Assembly (NCBI GenBank): GCA_032718475.1
Contig: JAUCBJ010009060.1
Location: forward strand, 1 to 64,000
Direction of reading: 5' to 3'
Length of the DNA stretch: 64,000 nt
From: Nemertoderma westbladi
Lineage: Eukaryota > Animalia > Xenacoelomorpha
In this document: one piece after another, positions 11,101 to 21,864 of the stretch
How the letters are laid out: the number at the start of each line of letters is the position of its first letter
Numbering within the stretch: the first letter of the stretch is position 1
Notes under the pieces: generated by a model
Seen by the model: the letters and a program-made list of their open reading frames with translations, nothing else
What the model was told of the DNA's origin: nothing
Database searches by the model: none
Made by a program: the position numbers and the translations under genes

Positions 11101-12786
11101 AATGAGTCCCTTAATATGGGATCCGTCTGTATCCTGATCCGTCATTATCATCAACTTTCCGTATCTCAGAGACTTTAATTCCGACTCATCACGATACTTG
11201 AAGGGGAACTTTAAGCCGAGAATCTTCACCAGATCTTGAATTTCCTTATTGGCAGATATTGCGGATGTGGCTGCATCACGGACGTTGAGAACTTTGCCAC
11301 GGAGCGGATAAACTCCATATAAATCACGTCCAATAACCCCCAACCCACTAACTGCCAAGGCTTTGGCCGAATCTCCTTCAGTTAATATTAATGTGCAATC
11401 TCGACTGTTTTTACCCCCGGCTTCATTGGCGTCATCTAACTTCGCTATTCCTTTTAGTTTTGTTTTCTTGGTTCCCGATTTCTTATTTAATACCGCTGCT
11501 TCTTTAAGATTCATCCAATTAACTACTCTCTCAACGATTCCCATCTGTGACACTTTCTTTAGGAATTTATCAGATAAATTCACTTGGGAACCGAATTTCT
11601 TGGCAACTAAAGTCATATTTTCCTTAGTCTGAGAATCGAATGTGGGATTTTCAATGAGGCAATTCACAAAAATCCACAAATGACTTTTAACTTGAAATGG
11701 TTTAACTTGGCTGTTCTTCTTCTGTTTTTTTACTGCAACAATAATTTTCTCAGTAAGTTTTTCCACAACATAATCAATGTGTCGACCGCCATTCGTTGTT
11801 GCTATGGAATTAACAAAGCTAACCTGTTGGAAACCTTTTTCACTGAATGTTAGTGCTATCTCCCATCTTTCGTTTATTTTTTCATAAACAAGAGGAATTT
11901 CTTCACCATCTTCATCCTGATGAACTGCTTTAATGTACAGCTCCACATACTCCTTAAAGTTCTTCACAGGTATTCGTTCTCCATTGAAAGTAACGTTCAC
12001 TTTACCCTGAGTGGTAGCAGCAACATCGTAGGCACGTCGACGAACCATTCCAACAAAATCATCCTCGAGCCGTGATAAATGAAACTTTTCTAAATCCGGG
12101 TAGAAGGTAACACTTGTAAAATTATCCCTTCCGGATTTCACAACAGGATCTTTTGTTTGAGTCATATTATCTTTCCATTCTTGTTTAAATATCTTCGCAC
12201 CATCTTCTTCTTTATTTCCCGTCTCCAAGATAAAACGTTTAGAGAAAATGTTACATAGTTTAGCTCCATAACCGTTTCTTCCACCAGTTACCTTCTTCTG
12301 GTCATCATTAAAGTTGCTGGAGGTCAACAAATGACCGAAAATCATAGTGGGGACGTACATTTTCTCGGTTTTGTGTATCTGTATGGGAATTCCCCTGCCA
12401 TTGTTCCAAACCCTAATTAAATTGCTTTCGGGTTCTATGACCACTTTTATAAGACTCATGTTGGAATCTCTAATTTTGTTATCAGCAGCGTTTACAAGAA
12501 TCTCATCAAATATTTTGTACAAACCGGGGACAAAAGAAACTTCTTTAAGACGCAGTTTCCCGCCATCATGAATCCACATTGGCTGAGTTACCGTTTCTAC
12601 AGAACCAATATAAGTATCAGGTCTCAGCAATATATGCTCAAGTTGGGTCTTCTTCTGATAAATTCTCTCGATAGATAACCGTTTATCAGCAGCGCTAGAT
12701 CCACTAGCAACAGGCTTCTTAGTACCCGTAACTTTCTTCTTTACAGGCAAATCTATAGAAATGCTATCACTATCACTGTCATCCAT
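8104..12786 (-). CDS. TOP2: DNA topoisomerase II (type IIA), 1560 aa, intronless
   Basis: GHKL ATPase (EILVNAADN, GRNGYGAK), TOPRIM (EGDSA, PLRGK, DQDTDGSH), YYKGLGTS, DGLKPGQRK, catalytic ASPRYIFT and a low-complexity charged C-terminus, all in one uninterrupted ORF. Confidence 0.98.
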   Translation of the reverse strand: MDDSDSDSISIDLPVKKKVTGTKKPVASGSSAADKRLSIERIYQKKTQLEHILLRPDTYIGSVETVTQPMWIHDGGKLRLKEVSFVPGLYKIFDEILVNAADNKIRDSNMSLIKVVIEPESNLIRVWNNGRGIPIQIHKTEKMYVPTMIFGHLLTSSNFNDDQKKVTGGRNGYGAKLCNIFSKRFILETGNKEEDGAKIFKQEWKDNMTQTKDPVVKSGRDNFTSVTFYPDLEKFHLSRLEDDFVGMVRRRAYDVAATTQGKVNVTFNGERIPVKNFKEYVELYIKAVHQDEDGEEIPLVYEKINERWEIALTFSEKGFQQVSFVNSIATTNGGRHIDYVVEKLTEKIIVAVKKQKKNSQVKPFQVKSHLWIFVNCLIENPTFDSQTKENMTLVAKKFGSQVNLSDKFLKKVSQMGIVERVVNWMNLKEAAVLNKKSGTKKTKLKGIAKLDDANEAGGKNSRDCTLILTEGDSAKALAVSGLGVIGRDLYGVYPLRGKVLNVRDAATSAISANKEIQDLVKILGLKFPFKYRDESELKSLRYGKLMIMTDQDTDGSHIKGLIINFIHYHWPELVRSKFIQQFITPIVKVSKGSEVKSLYSIPEFDEWREATPNASSYKVKYYKGLGTSTMKEAKEYFTDMARHRVSFVYHGDEDDEAIRLAFAKERADDRKGWLTDFHTERNERRLQGLPDIYLYHANTRSVSYKEFIDKELILFSNADCERSIPNVMDGLKPGQRKVIFACLKRGLDKKEIKVAQLAGSVAELSAYHHGEMSLMSTIISLAQDFIGSNNINLLQPHGQFGTRLQGGKDAASPRYIFTQLSPLARHLFSLKDDPLLAYLKDDNLKIEPIWYCPIIPLVLVNGSDGIGTGWSTKILNHDVRDVVDNIRRMLNDEEPQPMMPSYRNFQGVIEEFQPNRFVVHGKASILDESNTLEISELPLRSWTQSYKENNLEPLYNGTEKVPATVSEYKEYHTDTTVRFLINMIKSNQLQELEESGQLYKYFKLTTTFSHNSMVLYDHNGIINRYSSTIDILKEFYHVRFDFYRKRKEYREGFLEAEANKLSAQAKFVLEKITGEIRVEDLKKVDILKKLITRGYPSDPVKVWKDKVSAGDNDDDEEDNIENEEDDKTTGADYDYLLGMKLWSLTRERKEELLKQKDNKLMELKTLKGKTLKDLWTEDLDGFMAELEKLEAKEREEASPSKVAKSSNILKSSKAKRALENTKPDKLGRFVEPKFEIPKTAEAGPKVPKKKKEVVKVEKGVKKDPPTPSLKERLLAKGIELNGKGDVPKNSTQSKLTFFKKVKDESDDVSFVDEAAAEPIPPRERGNQRRAAAAVKYNFSEDEEDDDYSSTKNNRNYVIDDDSDEDYDVNVVKDSRPSSLDNQPGVSSSRNVHGAEDFNGINDIVNDDDDIVEPSPPPKPKAKPANKVASKKETNLKATISKPKPSKQPKQTKKKVDKPADPKQPSIFSAFDRMISDGDELEVNVATKQKHKSKVPAPKYGGDSDSDDSDFRPQLKKRRKDDSDSDFIPGGSPTKVSPIAKPSNKRQRAQPKYYELDSDSD

Positions 12787-13849
12787 AACTAAGACCTTTC
12801 TCTGATATTCGAATTATTCTCAAAAATAATATATACTATCAAATCATACTAAACTCTATACTCCCGTTCGTCATTCAGTCTGATAGTACTTTAGTAGCCT
12901 ACTGCGCTACCGGTACCTATGTCGTTTTTTTATTTTCACATTGATAGCCCACATATGACATACCAGCAGCAGAAGCTTATAACTATAATGCTTGCTAAGT
13001 CGGAATTAAAAAAAGTTAGATTTTCAAATCTGCTCTGCTATAAAATAATGCAAAAATTTGGGTGATCAAACATATTTTTTGTGTCCAGGTTTCAGGCAGT
13101 CAAATTTATATTATGATAATATGGACATGTAATATATTAAACTGATAATTAAAAACAAACCTCTCTCTCCTTAGAGTAGTGGTGTGGAATGATCTAGGAA
13201 AATACCTCGACATAGTTTGAGCTAATAATACCACCACACTGCCAGTACCGGTGTAGCAGAGAATACCCCCCCCCCCCCCCCCCCCTAAAAATTCAACCCA
13301 CGGTTAAAATTTCCTAGTGTATTTTCACCGGGGGTGAAACTACTCTGGGTGATTTTTTAGTGAAATTTAACCCCACTCAGTGTATGAGGTATAATAAAAC
13401 GTCTGTCCTTATCTGATCTGATCTGACAGCATCTGATCATATAACCAATCAGGAGAAAGAGATATAATATTTACCTAACTGTCTGTTAGGTAAATAGCCA
13501 ATAGCTGAATAGGGGATCAGGTTTCACGTTGCCCTGTTACATATCAGTATCAACATATGACGTAGCAGTACAGGGATGCCGGTATGCATCTAATGCACAA
13601 AGGCATGTTATTATATATTAAAAATGCGATATAGGATGAAGGTTTGTTACGCTAAAGGCAGAAAGGGAAGGCAGGAAGGGGTATCTCTCTAGGCCTACTG
13701 TGTAGTGTATATATTAAGAAACACTTAACATGCCCCATATTGCCAGCTGATACAGTGAAATTTACAGTATACCCAGACGATGAAGGAATATGGGAAGGTG
13801 GATGGGAATGTGGGAATTAATAAACGCTGTTGTTACCTTCCAAATGAAG

Positions 13850-14047
13850 GAAAAGAAAGAGCAGGTTACAGCGGCTGTAATTTCTAACCAAAACAATAAA
13901 CGACGTTGTTATCTACAAATTGAGGGAAAGTAGCAGGTTACAGGGACATGGTTTTCTAACCAAAACAATAAACGATTTTATTACCTACCAATTGAGGGAA
14001 AGGAGAATGTTACCGCAGCTGACTCTTCTAACCAAAACAATAAACAA
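13850..14047 (+). repeat. ~65-bp minisatellite (GAGGGAAAGGAGCAGGTTACAG...TTCTAACCAAAACAATAAAC), 3 copies
   Basis: Same unit recurs at ~6725, ~14735, ~26175 (inverted), 32575-32790, 33965-34225 and 38785-39065. Confidence 0.85.
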
Positions 14048-14924
14048 CCAGCGGACACCTTCCCACATTCCCATCCACCCATGTGGCAATAATAGGCTGA
14101 TAGGTTGATAAATAATTAGCATAAACATAATTAGTTAAGTACTATTAGTAGTAAGAAGATTGAGATATCGTTTATCCATTATATTTATAACATATGATAT
14201 ACATTTATCGTGTTAAAGTTAATTGGCTGATTTGGAAAGCAATCAGCTGTAGTTGTTTAATTGGAGCCGTAAGTGTGTCATGGGGGGATAGAGTACGAGA
14301 AAGGGAGAGAGGGACATTGCGTGATGTGAAGTGTGGTTGAAGTGAGAGAGAATATCGATACTTTGTATTTATTGATTTAACAGTATATTAATATTGTGAG
14401 AGTATATTGTATTTGTATTTAACTGATTTATTACATTATATATATATATATATATTTACTCAAACTCCGCTTTTGTTTACACCCACCTTCCCTTCTTACT
14501 AACCATCCGACTGACTGATCAATAGATCATCCCCCTCAAAAAATAAAGGACATCGCGCACGCTCATAAAACACTTAATAAAGAAATTTAATAAAAAATAT
14601 CGACAATAAAAAATCAACCGAAAAGTGAAACCCTGGTATTCTTCACATGGGCGAAGAATACCACCAGACTTTCTGCCGTTATATTTCACTTTGCAGTTAC
14701 CCCCATGTGAAGAATACCAGGTTTTCACCAAAAACACAGGTTACAGATGGGCTGAATATAACCAAAACAATAAACAAATTAGTACATGTACAGGTTATAA
14801 GACATAAATAAGCTCTATAATACATTTAATCGGTCCTACGAATTACCAAAAAAAACACAAAATTACCCAAAAAATACAAAAAAACACAAAAATTTACCCA
14901 AAAAACACAATAAAACACAATATT

Positions 14925-16155
14925 TGTTCGCGCTTTTAAGACCTTTGGCAGTTTAACCCGCCAAATCTATATGTCTTCTAGGTTATAAATCTACTCTAGC
15001 CTATGACAAGTATTGAACACCTATAATAATTCTAACATTAGCCAAAGCCAGTCTGTGCGCGACCATTCACCCGCTGGATATACCCGGGAGACTGGATTTG
15101 GATGCTTTAATTTGATTGCGGTGCAGGCCTACCGTACTATTCGATTGATCGTTAATATATAATCTCTGACGAATATTATTCACTTTCGGGAAATATTAGC
15201 AGTTCCTTTAGGACGCTCTATCTATTTAAACAGAGCTATGACTTACACTATACACAACAGTATGTCTTATAGATCACCAAAGTGCATTCTTTAGGAAATG
15301 CTTTGTTACTCGGTCAAGCACACACAGACTATTGCACACAACTACACACTGAATTGCCGACATTCACTGATTTTAATCATATATAAAGAGAATAACAACC
15401 GACATTTGTAGGGCCTATTAAGTAGCATTGAACTCACTACAAACCACGATAATGTATGTCGCAAATTGTTATATGTAACCGGTCTCTCTAACCTTAGTGT
15501 ATCAAGAAGATGGGGTTTTCGGATCGTTATCAATATTCTTCCCAATAATAATATGTAAACGAACGATACAATTAACAACACAGTAAATAGCAGTAAATAA
15601 TGCGGCGAAAGGCAGTTTACGTCAGGGTGCTTAATCAGATGCCGAGTTAACCGAGACCGAGACCGAGTTGACCAAGATAACAGTTTGATGATCTTATAAT
15701 TAAAGACGCTCTAATGTCAGAAAACATTCCCCGGCCGGTGTTCTAGGCGTGGGGGAAGCATCAGTACTGAATCCTGTAATTCTGCTGTACAGCTTTTACA
15801 CAAAGAGGGAATCTCTGATTGGTCGAATGGCAAAAAGCTCCACGTGGACACAGCTGATAGATGTCGTCATTTTGAGCTGAGCAGAACAAAGAACCAAGGC
15901 AAGGCTCCGGGCAAGCTACACGTGTAAAGCTCAGCCGTTAGCTGTCGTCATAGTAACGACACTGTTTCAAGAGGATCTAGGGCTTTGCGTCATAGAATTG
16001 CTAATTATGTCCTCTAAAGTACACATACAGAAGAAATAGCTTTTATGTCCCCTAAAAACACCGGTACAGCAATGACACGGCCTTTTATGCCTGCTAAACC
16101 AACTACAGAGCACTTACGGGGAAAATAACTGGGCAATTCCGCAAAAGCTTTTACA
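14925..16155 (-). repeat. 3' LTR of BEL element 1
   Basis: TGTTCGCG...AAAAGCTTTTACA; differs from 24867-26105 by about 13 substitutions and 3 small indels (by eye). Preceded on the minus strand by a short purine tract GGGAGCGG. Confidence 0.95.
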
Positions 16156-16239
16156 CCGCTCCCAGAAAATGGGATTTTAGTCTATAAAATATAAAAAATC
16201 ACAGTTTCTAAAATATAAAGATACTCTAAACAGTTAGTT

Positions 16240-17512
16240 TTTCTTGCGCGGACGGCGTTTACGCAGTTTCTTGAGACTAGCAAGAGTCCTTTTCTCTTTG
16301 GGGAGAGCCACTTTACTAGGAGGGCTATAACTCCTGGGTGAAGGGTGCAATATCATTACATCAGAAGGTTTAGGGTTACGGTCAGTGTCTCGTCCATTTC
16401 GATCTGCTTCTCCTCGAGCTGATTTTCCTCCGCTTGTCGTTGGACACGCTCGTCCAAAACTCTCGCAGAGAATAGGGTTGTCTAAGCTCGATATCTTCTT
16501 AGAGATTCAAGATTTCCCAATCGAACTGAGATAAGCCAATTCATTTACCGCTTGGACTTGCTGTTATAACTTACGTTTATCTGAACAAACGCAGGTTTCC
16601 TTTCTGATCTTTGTAGAATAGCGTTTAACTCGTTTCGTACAACGCTCTCCTTCACCTTGATGAAGGGTTGTATCGCGTTAAACTGGGACGACCATACGGT
16701 TGAATGGTGATATTAGGTGTCCGCGTCCCAATCCGGCTAGGTAAGATGGGCGGCTAGCTAGAAATCACTGTCGGAGTGTTACCGATTAATTGTTAGGGTA
16801 GCACTAGATCTTACAGCTCGTGAGGATCCGGGATATCATCAGAATTGAAAGTCTGAGGTCTAATCAAGGAACGAGGTGGTCTGACCGAGTATTCCGGAAC
16901 TATGATCGTAGGTTTACTCAAGGATCGTCTGAGTCGAGCGAGCGTAGGTGATATGTCGAACAAGTTTCGGTTTCCGTGGATGTTTATGTCTTTCTGTTTA
17001 TTAGTTGGGTGTAGGGCATTTATCGTAATAATACCAAAGACGCACGTCTGGTAGGGGAAACACGGATGATATTTATTTGTTGTTACAATGCTTCTATCAA
17101 GAATTCCAAATATACGTTAGAGTTACCGCGTCCATTTGTCTCTCTAATGTCTTTTCTTTCGAGTCGATTTCGAATATAATTTTCGCATTCGAATTTCAGT
17201 TTATCGTTCCGACTCCGTTGGGTAGGATATATGTTCGACATAGTCCGTATCGTGTGAATCGATAGAATGGCCAATGGTTAAGAAGTCCATATACGTACTA
17301 TTACGATGCGTGTAGCGAGCGGTGAATTTTCCATAGTCCAATTCACGCGTAAGTTGCTTCGAGGAAATCGTCGGTTCGATATAACAACCATCGTCCTCCG
17401 TAGTAGTTGGACTAGCGTCGCCGCGTATCAAACTATCAACAAACACTTGTAAAGGTAGAGTATATCGCTCCCCGATACCAAGACCATCTTCTATCAACTC
17501 CGTTATATCTGC
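16240..17512 (-). pseudogene. Decayed extra ORF between pol and the 3' LTR (element 1); product unknown
   Basis: Coding-like fragments ADITELIEDGLGIGERY...DFLTIGHSID, AIQPFIKVKESVVRNELNAILQRSERK and a basic tail KLRKRRPRKKN*; broken by stops and frameshifts; homologous to 40490-41830. Confidence 0.5.
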
Positions 17513-17589
17513 TATATATGAGTTTATTAATATTATAATGAGCTTATAATTAGGCTAGCGAGCGTCGCTGCCTACCCCAATCCGCCCCC

Positions 17590-17694
17590 GGACAGTGTAC
17601 GATCCTCAGCGCAAATGTATCGTCGTCGCTGTGTTTTCCGCCAACGTGTAGCTACACAACGACAACGACACTAGCACGAGTCACTCCACTGTCC
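17590..17694 (-). other. Conserved rod-like RNA hairpin (cis element) in the post-pol region of element 1
   Basis: Outer stem GGACAGUG/CACUGUCC and 16-bp inner stem GUCGUUGUCGUUGUGU/ACACAGCGACGACGAU with G-U pairs on the sense strand; compensatory changes in element 2. Confidence 0.65.
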
Positions 17695-18863
17695 GTCCCA
17701 AAGGCTTAGATACACTTCAGGTTCTTACTGGAGAGTTAGGGTTACTTTCACAATTGCGACTCGCTACTGTAAACACACCTTAGTAGTAACATTCGCCTAT
17801 AAACTCACAAATTCCACACACACAACTGTCACAAATTACACACACTCGGGCCATTTGTCCGTTAGTCAGTGCCTTCCAGAATGCCACGTTATTATTATGT
17901 ATCCTTGGATACTAGCAGTGTGCTATTTATTTCTTACTATGCAATGGGGCAAGCTTTCTATTGTTCTTTTCAACTTGCTTCTAATTCTAGCGTGGGTGTT
18001 ACTATGGTGACATTATGGAAAGCTAGCGGTAGAATTAGGGTAATTCCAATGCATACAGATCTGGGATGCTATTTAATAGTAATTCTTTAATGGTCCAATA
18101 TCTCGTTTATATATAATTTTATAAATTTTATCGGCTATTGACTCATACATGGGAGATTCTCACACTCTAACACACTTAATAGGATGAATCTCCGCTCCCG
18201 TGATCTATTAATTAATGGGATTTTGGGAATGTTATAAATTGCACAGAATGACAATTTATTAAATTCATTAAAATATGAATTTAAATTTATTCCCTGAAAT
18301 TTTATTATTTGATAGTACAATTGACACAATTTGATTCCAGAGCCGGTCTGGGAACATAGGATCCTTAATTATATGAAAATTGTCTTTTAAGAGTATCGGT
18401 AAGTGCTACGATATCTTAATCGACTAGAATTGTTAAAGGATCTGAATTTTACAGATTTTGATTTATAGATTTATAAATATTAAATAATTAATATTTGAGA
18501 TGGGCACCAATTTATTCCAGAACTTGTCTGGGGACGTTAACCACTGATTCTAGAATTTGTCTTTCAAGTATATCGGTGGGTGCCGCGATATCTTAATCGA
18601 CTAGAATTACAGATGGTCAAAAGGTTTAACAGATTTATTTGCGTTTCACGCTACTGTTAGAGGGACATCACGCTACTATATGTATTATTATATATGGTAT
18701 GAGAGCAATATCGCACGAAGCAATGTCAGTGTGAAGAGGCAAGTCGTTTCCAAGGTCTACCCAGAGCTTGGTTTAGCCGAGACACGAGGATCTGAACTTT
18801 GCATTCCTAATACTCTGCCTACCAATAATACTTGAATATAGTAGTGGCTTTATTGTACTTTAA

Positions 18864-19390
18864 TAAGTACGGACATTTCATCTTACTGTAGTTACGTATT
18901 TATAATGTAATACGGACAGTAAAGAAAGAGAAAAAGAATTATTTCTCGCCGTCGCACTAAATATAATATAAGTAATTACGTACGCAATAAACACGAATAT
19001 ATTGCACTATTCTACTAAATAATCTCTAAAATAACATGTTACTAAATAAAATTAAATAAAACGATTAAAATAAAATTATATAATAATACATACATAAATA
19101 TAAAAATAAAACAAATACAAATATAAGTACGGACATTTCATCTTACTGTAGTTACGTATTTATAATATGATACGGACAGTAAGGAAAGAGAAAAAATAAT
19201 TATTTCTCGCCGTCGCACTAAATATATATTATAAGTAATTACGTACGTAATAAACAGTAATATATTGCACTAATCTACTAAATAATCACTAAAAGAACAT
19301 TCTACTAAATAAAATTAAAGAAAACAATTATAATAAAATTACATAATAATACATACACAAATATAGAATAAAAACAAATATAAAATGATA
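18864..19390. repeat. ~260-bp tandem duplication in the 3' region of element 1
   Basis: TAAGTACGGACATTTCATCTTACTGTAG starts both units (~18864 and ~19124); element 2 has a single unit. Confidence 0.9.
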
Positions 19391-19416
19391 TAGTCACACG
19401 CCCACTCCATATGTTA

Positions 19417-21864
19417 TTACGCTATGGAGTCCCTAGATATTTGTCGGATTAGGGAAGTGGTCGTAGGAAGAGTATCTTGCCTTCCATAGTTTCCGGACAG
19501 TTTTCGGTCTCTTTCCAGTAAACATAAACGACCAGCTGGGCGATTGAGTTGTTGTGTTACTTTCTCCGCTCCCTTGGCCTGTCTAATCTCCGCCGTGGTA
19601 AAATGAGGAGGCCATTCTTCTTCTTCTTTACTTAAGAAGTCGGATCCACCTAACCAGCCTGGAGTATCTATCAGTTCTTGAGGAGTTGCTCCTCTGGAAG
19701 CAATGTCGGCTGGATTAATCGTCCCAAGGCAATGTCTCCATTGATCTACATTGGAGTTAATATCGTCATTATCTGAGGAGTATGGTGTTCCCTCAGTTAG
19801 TTCGTCCACCTCACTGCTCTCCACTTCCCAATCATTTACTTGGTATATTCTTTCTTGTGGTAATCTCTCTTTGAGAGTTCTGCGGGAAGGGCCAGTAAAG
19901 TACCAACCTACTCTAGTTCTTACCGCATAGGTTTGTAGTGGCTGCGGTTGAGCAGGCTGTTTCTCCAATGTCTCGAGCGCCTCATGCGCGTTTTGGCCGA
20001 TGAGTATTTGCACTCCAGGATAATCGGTCTGGAATCGAGGTATCTTAAGCTGTTGGATGCTCTCGTCCTCGTCCCAGTTATAAGGTTCTACTTGGGTAGT
20101 AGCGAAGTTCTTTATAGCCACCATTTTTACTGACCTTATACTTTGTGCTCCTAATTTATCCTGGGGGGTGGACAACGCACCTACATAGTAATCTGCCGTT
20201 ATGGTAGATTTCCAAACCTGCATAATTCCGGACATATTCAACTTAGTTTGGAATTTGGGTTGTCCAGCAAAGATATCTTCGGCTAGTTCTTGATCGATGA
20301 ATGTTCCTGTGCTGCCGGAGTCAAGGAGGGCGTTCACTATGTAACTTTTGTTAGGACCGTGAACTCTTACCTGCACTACAGGAAATTCTCTGATTCCTAC
20401 GTTGGAAGTTGGATCTTTCCAAGATGGTTGTCTGTCAAAGGTAGTTGGGGGGAACTCATTGTCGGTGTCCTTTTCGTAAGTAAGTGCTCGAAACACTGCG
20501 GTATTTATTAGGTAACAGGATTCGTTGGCGTCGGAGAATTCGTCAGTATAGAATCCTTCCATCTCAGATTCTTGATCAGTGTCATTTACATCACTGAATT
20601 GGACATGTAGTTCGGGCTCACTTACCTGACTCGGGTTGTTTCGTTCGAATTCCGGGTGCAACAAGATATGATGTTTTGCGCCGCACTTTGCACACCTTGC
20701 GTCGGAGTAACAGGTTCGCCGTTGGTGTCCTCGTCTGAGGCAATTATAACACAACCGCTTATCCCACATGACTTCACGTCTATCCTTTAGTGATTTCCTC
20801 AGGAATTCATCACACACATTCAAACGGTGGGGCCCGTCGCACAGCACACATTTCGGCTTGATGTTACTTACTTTAACCTGTGCTATGTGGTGCACACTTG
20901 TTCTTTCCTCGGGCTTTCTCACCTGAATTCTTTTAGGAGACGTAGGAGGGGTTTTTTGTACCGATTCCCTTCTGTCATTGGGTCGAGACTTGGATTTACT
21001 TACCTGATCTTTAGGCATTTTATTGACATAATAAGGCCTGTCAGTGTCTTTCCCGCTGTCCTCTCCTTGAGAGGTTTGGCTTTCACCGTCGTCGGTATAA
21101 CATACTGGTGTTACCCTTCTCCTAGAAACGGGTTTCTCACTTACCTTACTTTCCGCTGTCTTCTCTCTGGACTGCTTTATGAGCTGTAATTTCACCTCGC
21201 TATCCAAGAATGACATGAGATCAGCCATGGTAGGGTCTCGTTGTTGTTGTTCCATCATATATAACACCTTCTTGTCCCAGCGTGTACCTACTCCACCCTT
21301 GGGCAAAGTAGATGCTAAGGCTCCTACAACCATAGAATTCTGGTATTCATGAGACTTACCTAACCAATCTAGTTGTCTACAGATCTCCTGAATCTCATCG
21401 GAAAACTCTATAATCCCGCTGCTAAGAAACTTTCGGGGCAACATTAATTTCGCATATAAATACCTAGCTATGTTAGTCCCATTACCATACCTGATGTTTA
21501 ATGTATCCCAAACTTGTCTTAATCCATCTGGATGTCCAATAAACTTTAACGCCATTAACTTGGGAGGTCCTTCCAAGCACTTGATGAGGAATCTAAGTTT
21601 CTCTCCGTTAGATAGTACAGAGTTCTGTATGCTATCTTTGTAATATTCATTGAAAGGTAACCATTTCATCTCATCTCCATTGAATTTGACGATTTCTCCC
21701 ACTTTGACCGCTTGGCGGGCTTCTGTTCTAGCCATCTGACGCGTAAAGCTTTCTTGGGCCATCGTGTTATTTAATATCGAATTATCGGTATATAAATTTC
21801 TCGGATTATTATCAGGTCTATAGGGAATATCATTAACAACAGGTTTATAATCACCCTTAGTCAT
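19417..21864 (-). CDS. BEL/Pao Gag-protease (815 aa) fused in frame to short pol remnants
   Basis: Zn knuckles CVLCDGPHRLNVC, CYNCLRRGHQRRTC, CAKCGAKHHILLH; protease LLDSGS. Jumps from SSDNDDI to DQWRHC..NPADIASRG, then from GAEKV to TQQLNRP. Confidence 0.85.
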   Translation of the reverse strand: MTKGDYKPVVNDIPYRPDNNPRNLYTDNSILNNTMAQESFTRQMARTEARQAVKVGEIVKFNGDEMKWLPFNEYYKDSIQNSVLSNGEKLRFLIKCLEGPPKLMALKFIGHPDGLRQVWDTLNIRYGNGTNIARYLYAKLMLPRKFLSSGIIEFSDEIQEICRQLDWLGKSHEYQNSMVVGALASTLPKGGVGTRWDKKVLYMMEQQQRDPTMADLMSFLDSEVKLQLIKQSREKTAESKVSEKPVSRRRVTPVCYTDDGESQTSQGEDSGKDTDRPYYVNKMPKDQVSKSKSRPNDRRESVQKTPPTSPKRIQVRKPEERTSVHHIAQVKVSNIKPKCVLCDGPHRLNVCDEFLRKSLKDRREVMWDKRLCYNCLRRGHQRRTCYSDARCAKCGAKHHILLHPEFERNNPSQVSEPELHVQFSDVNDTDQESEMEGFYTDEFSDANESCYLINTAVFRALTYEKDTDNEFPPTTFDRQPSWKDPTSNVGIREFPVVQVRVHGPNKSYIVNALLDSGSTGTFIDQELAEDIFAGQPKFQTKLNMSGIMQVWKSTITADYYVGALSTPQDKLGAQSIRSVKMVAIKNFATTQVEPYNWDEDESIQQLKIPRFQTDYPGVQILIGQNAHEALETLEKQPAQPQPLQTYAVRTRVGWYFTGPSRRTLKERLPQERIYQVNDWEVESSEVDELTEGTPYSSDNDDINSNVDQWRHCLGTINPADIASRGATPQELIDTPGWLGGSDFLSKEEEEWPPHFTTAEIRQAKGAEKVTQQLNRPAGRLCLLERDRKLSGNYGRQDTLPTTTSLIRQISRDSIA

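Noticed and set aside
8159-12571. Plus-strand ORFs overlapping TOP2 (and similar antisense ORFs over the BEL and transposase genes, plus 91-327)
   Set aside because: They are shadows of the real coding strand and have no recognisable motifs.
8104-12786. Viral or bacterial origin of the intronless TOP2
   Set aside because: Single-chain enzyme with the eukaryotic N-terminus (IERIYQKKTQLEHILLRPDTYIGS) and a long charged C-terminal domain; no viral genes nearby.
17590-17694. Hammerhead ribozyme or SECIS element (CUGAGGA, GAAA, UGA/GA motifs)
   Set aside because: The required three-stem hammerhead junction cannot be formed, and the helix above the G.A motif is too long for a SECIS with no selenoprotein ORF present.
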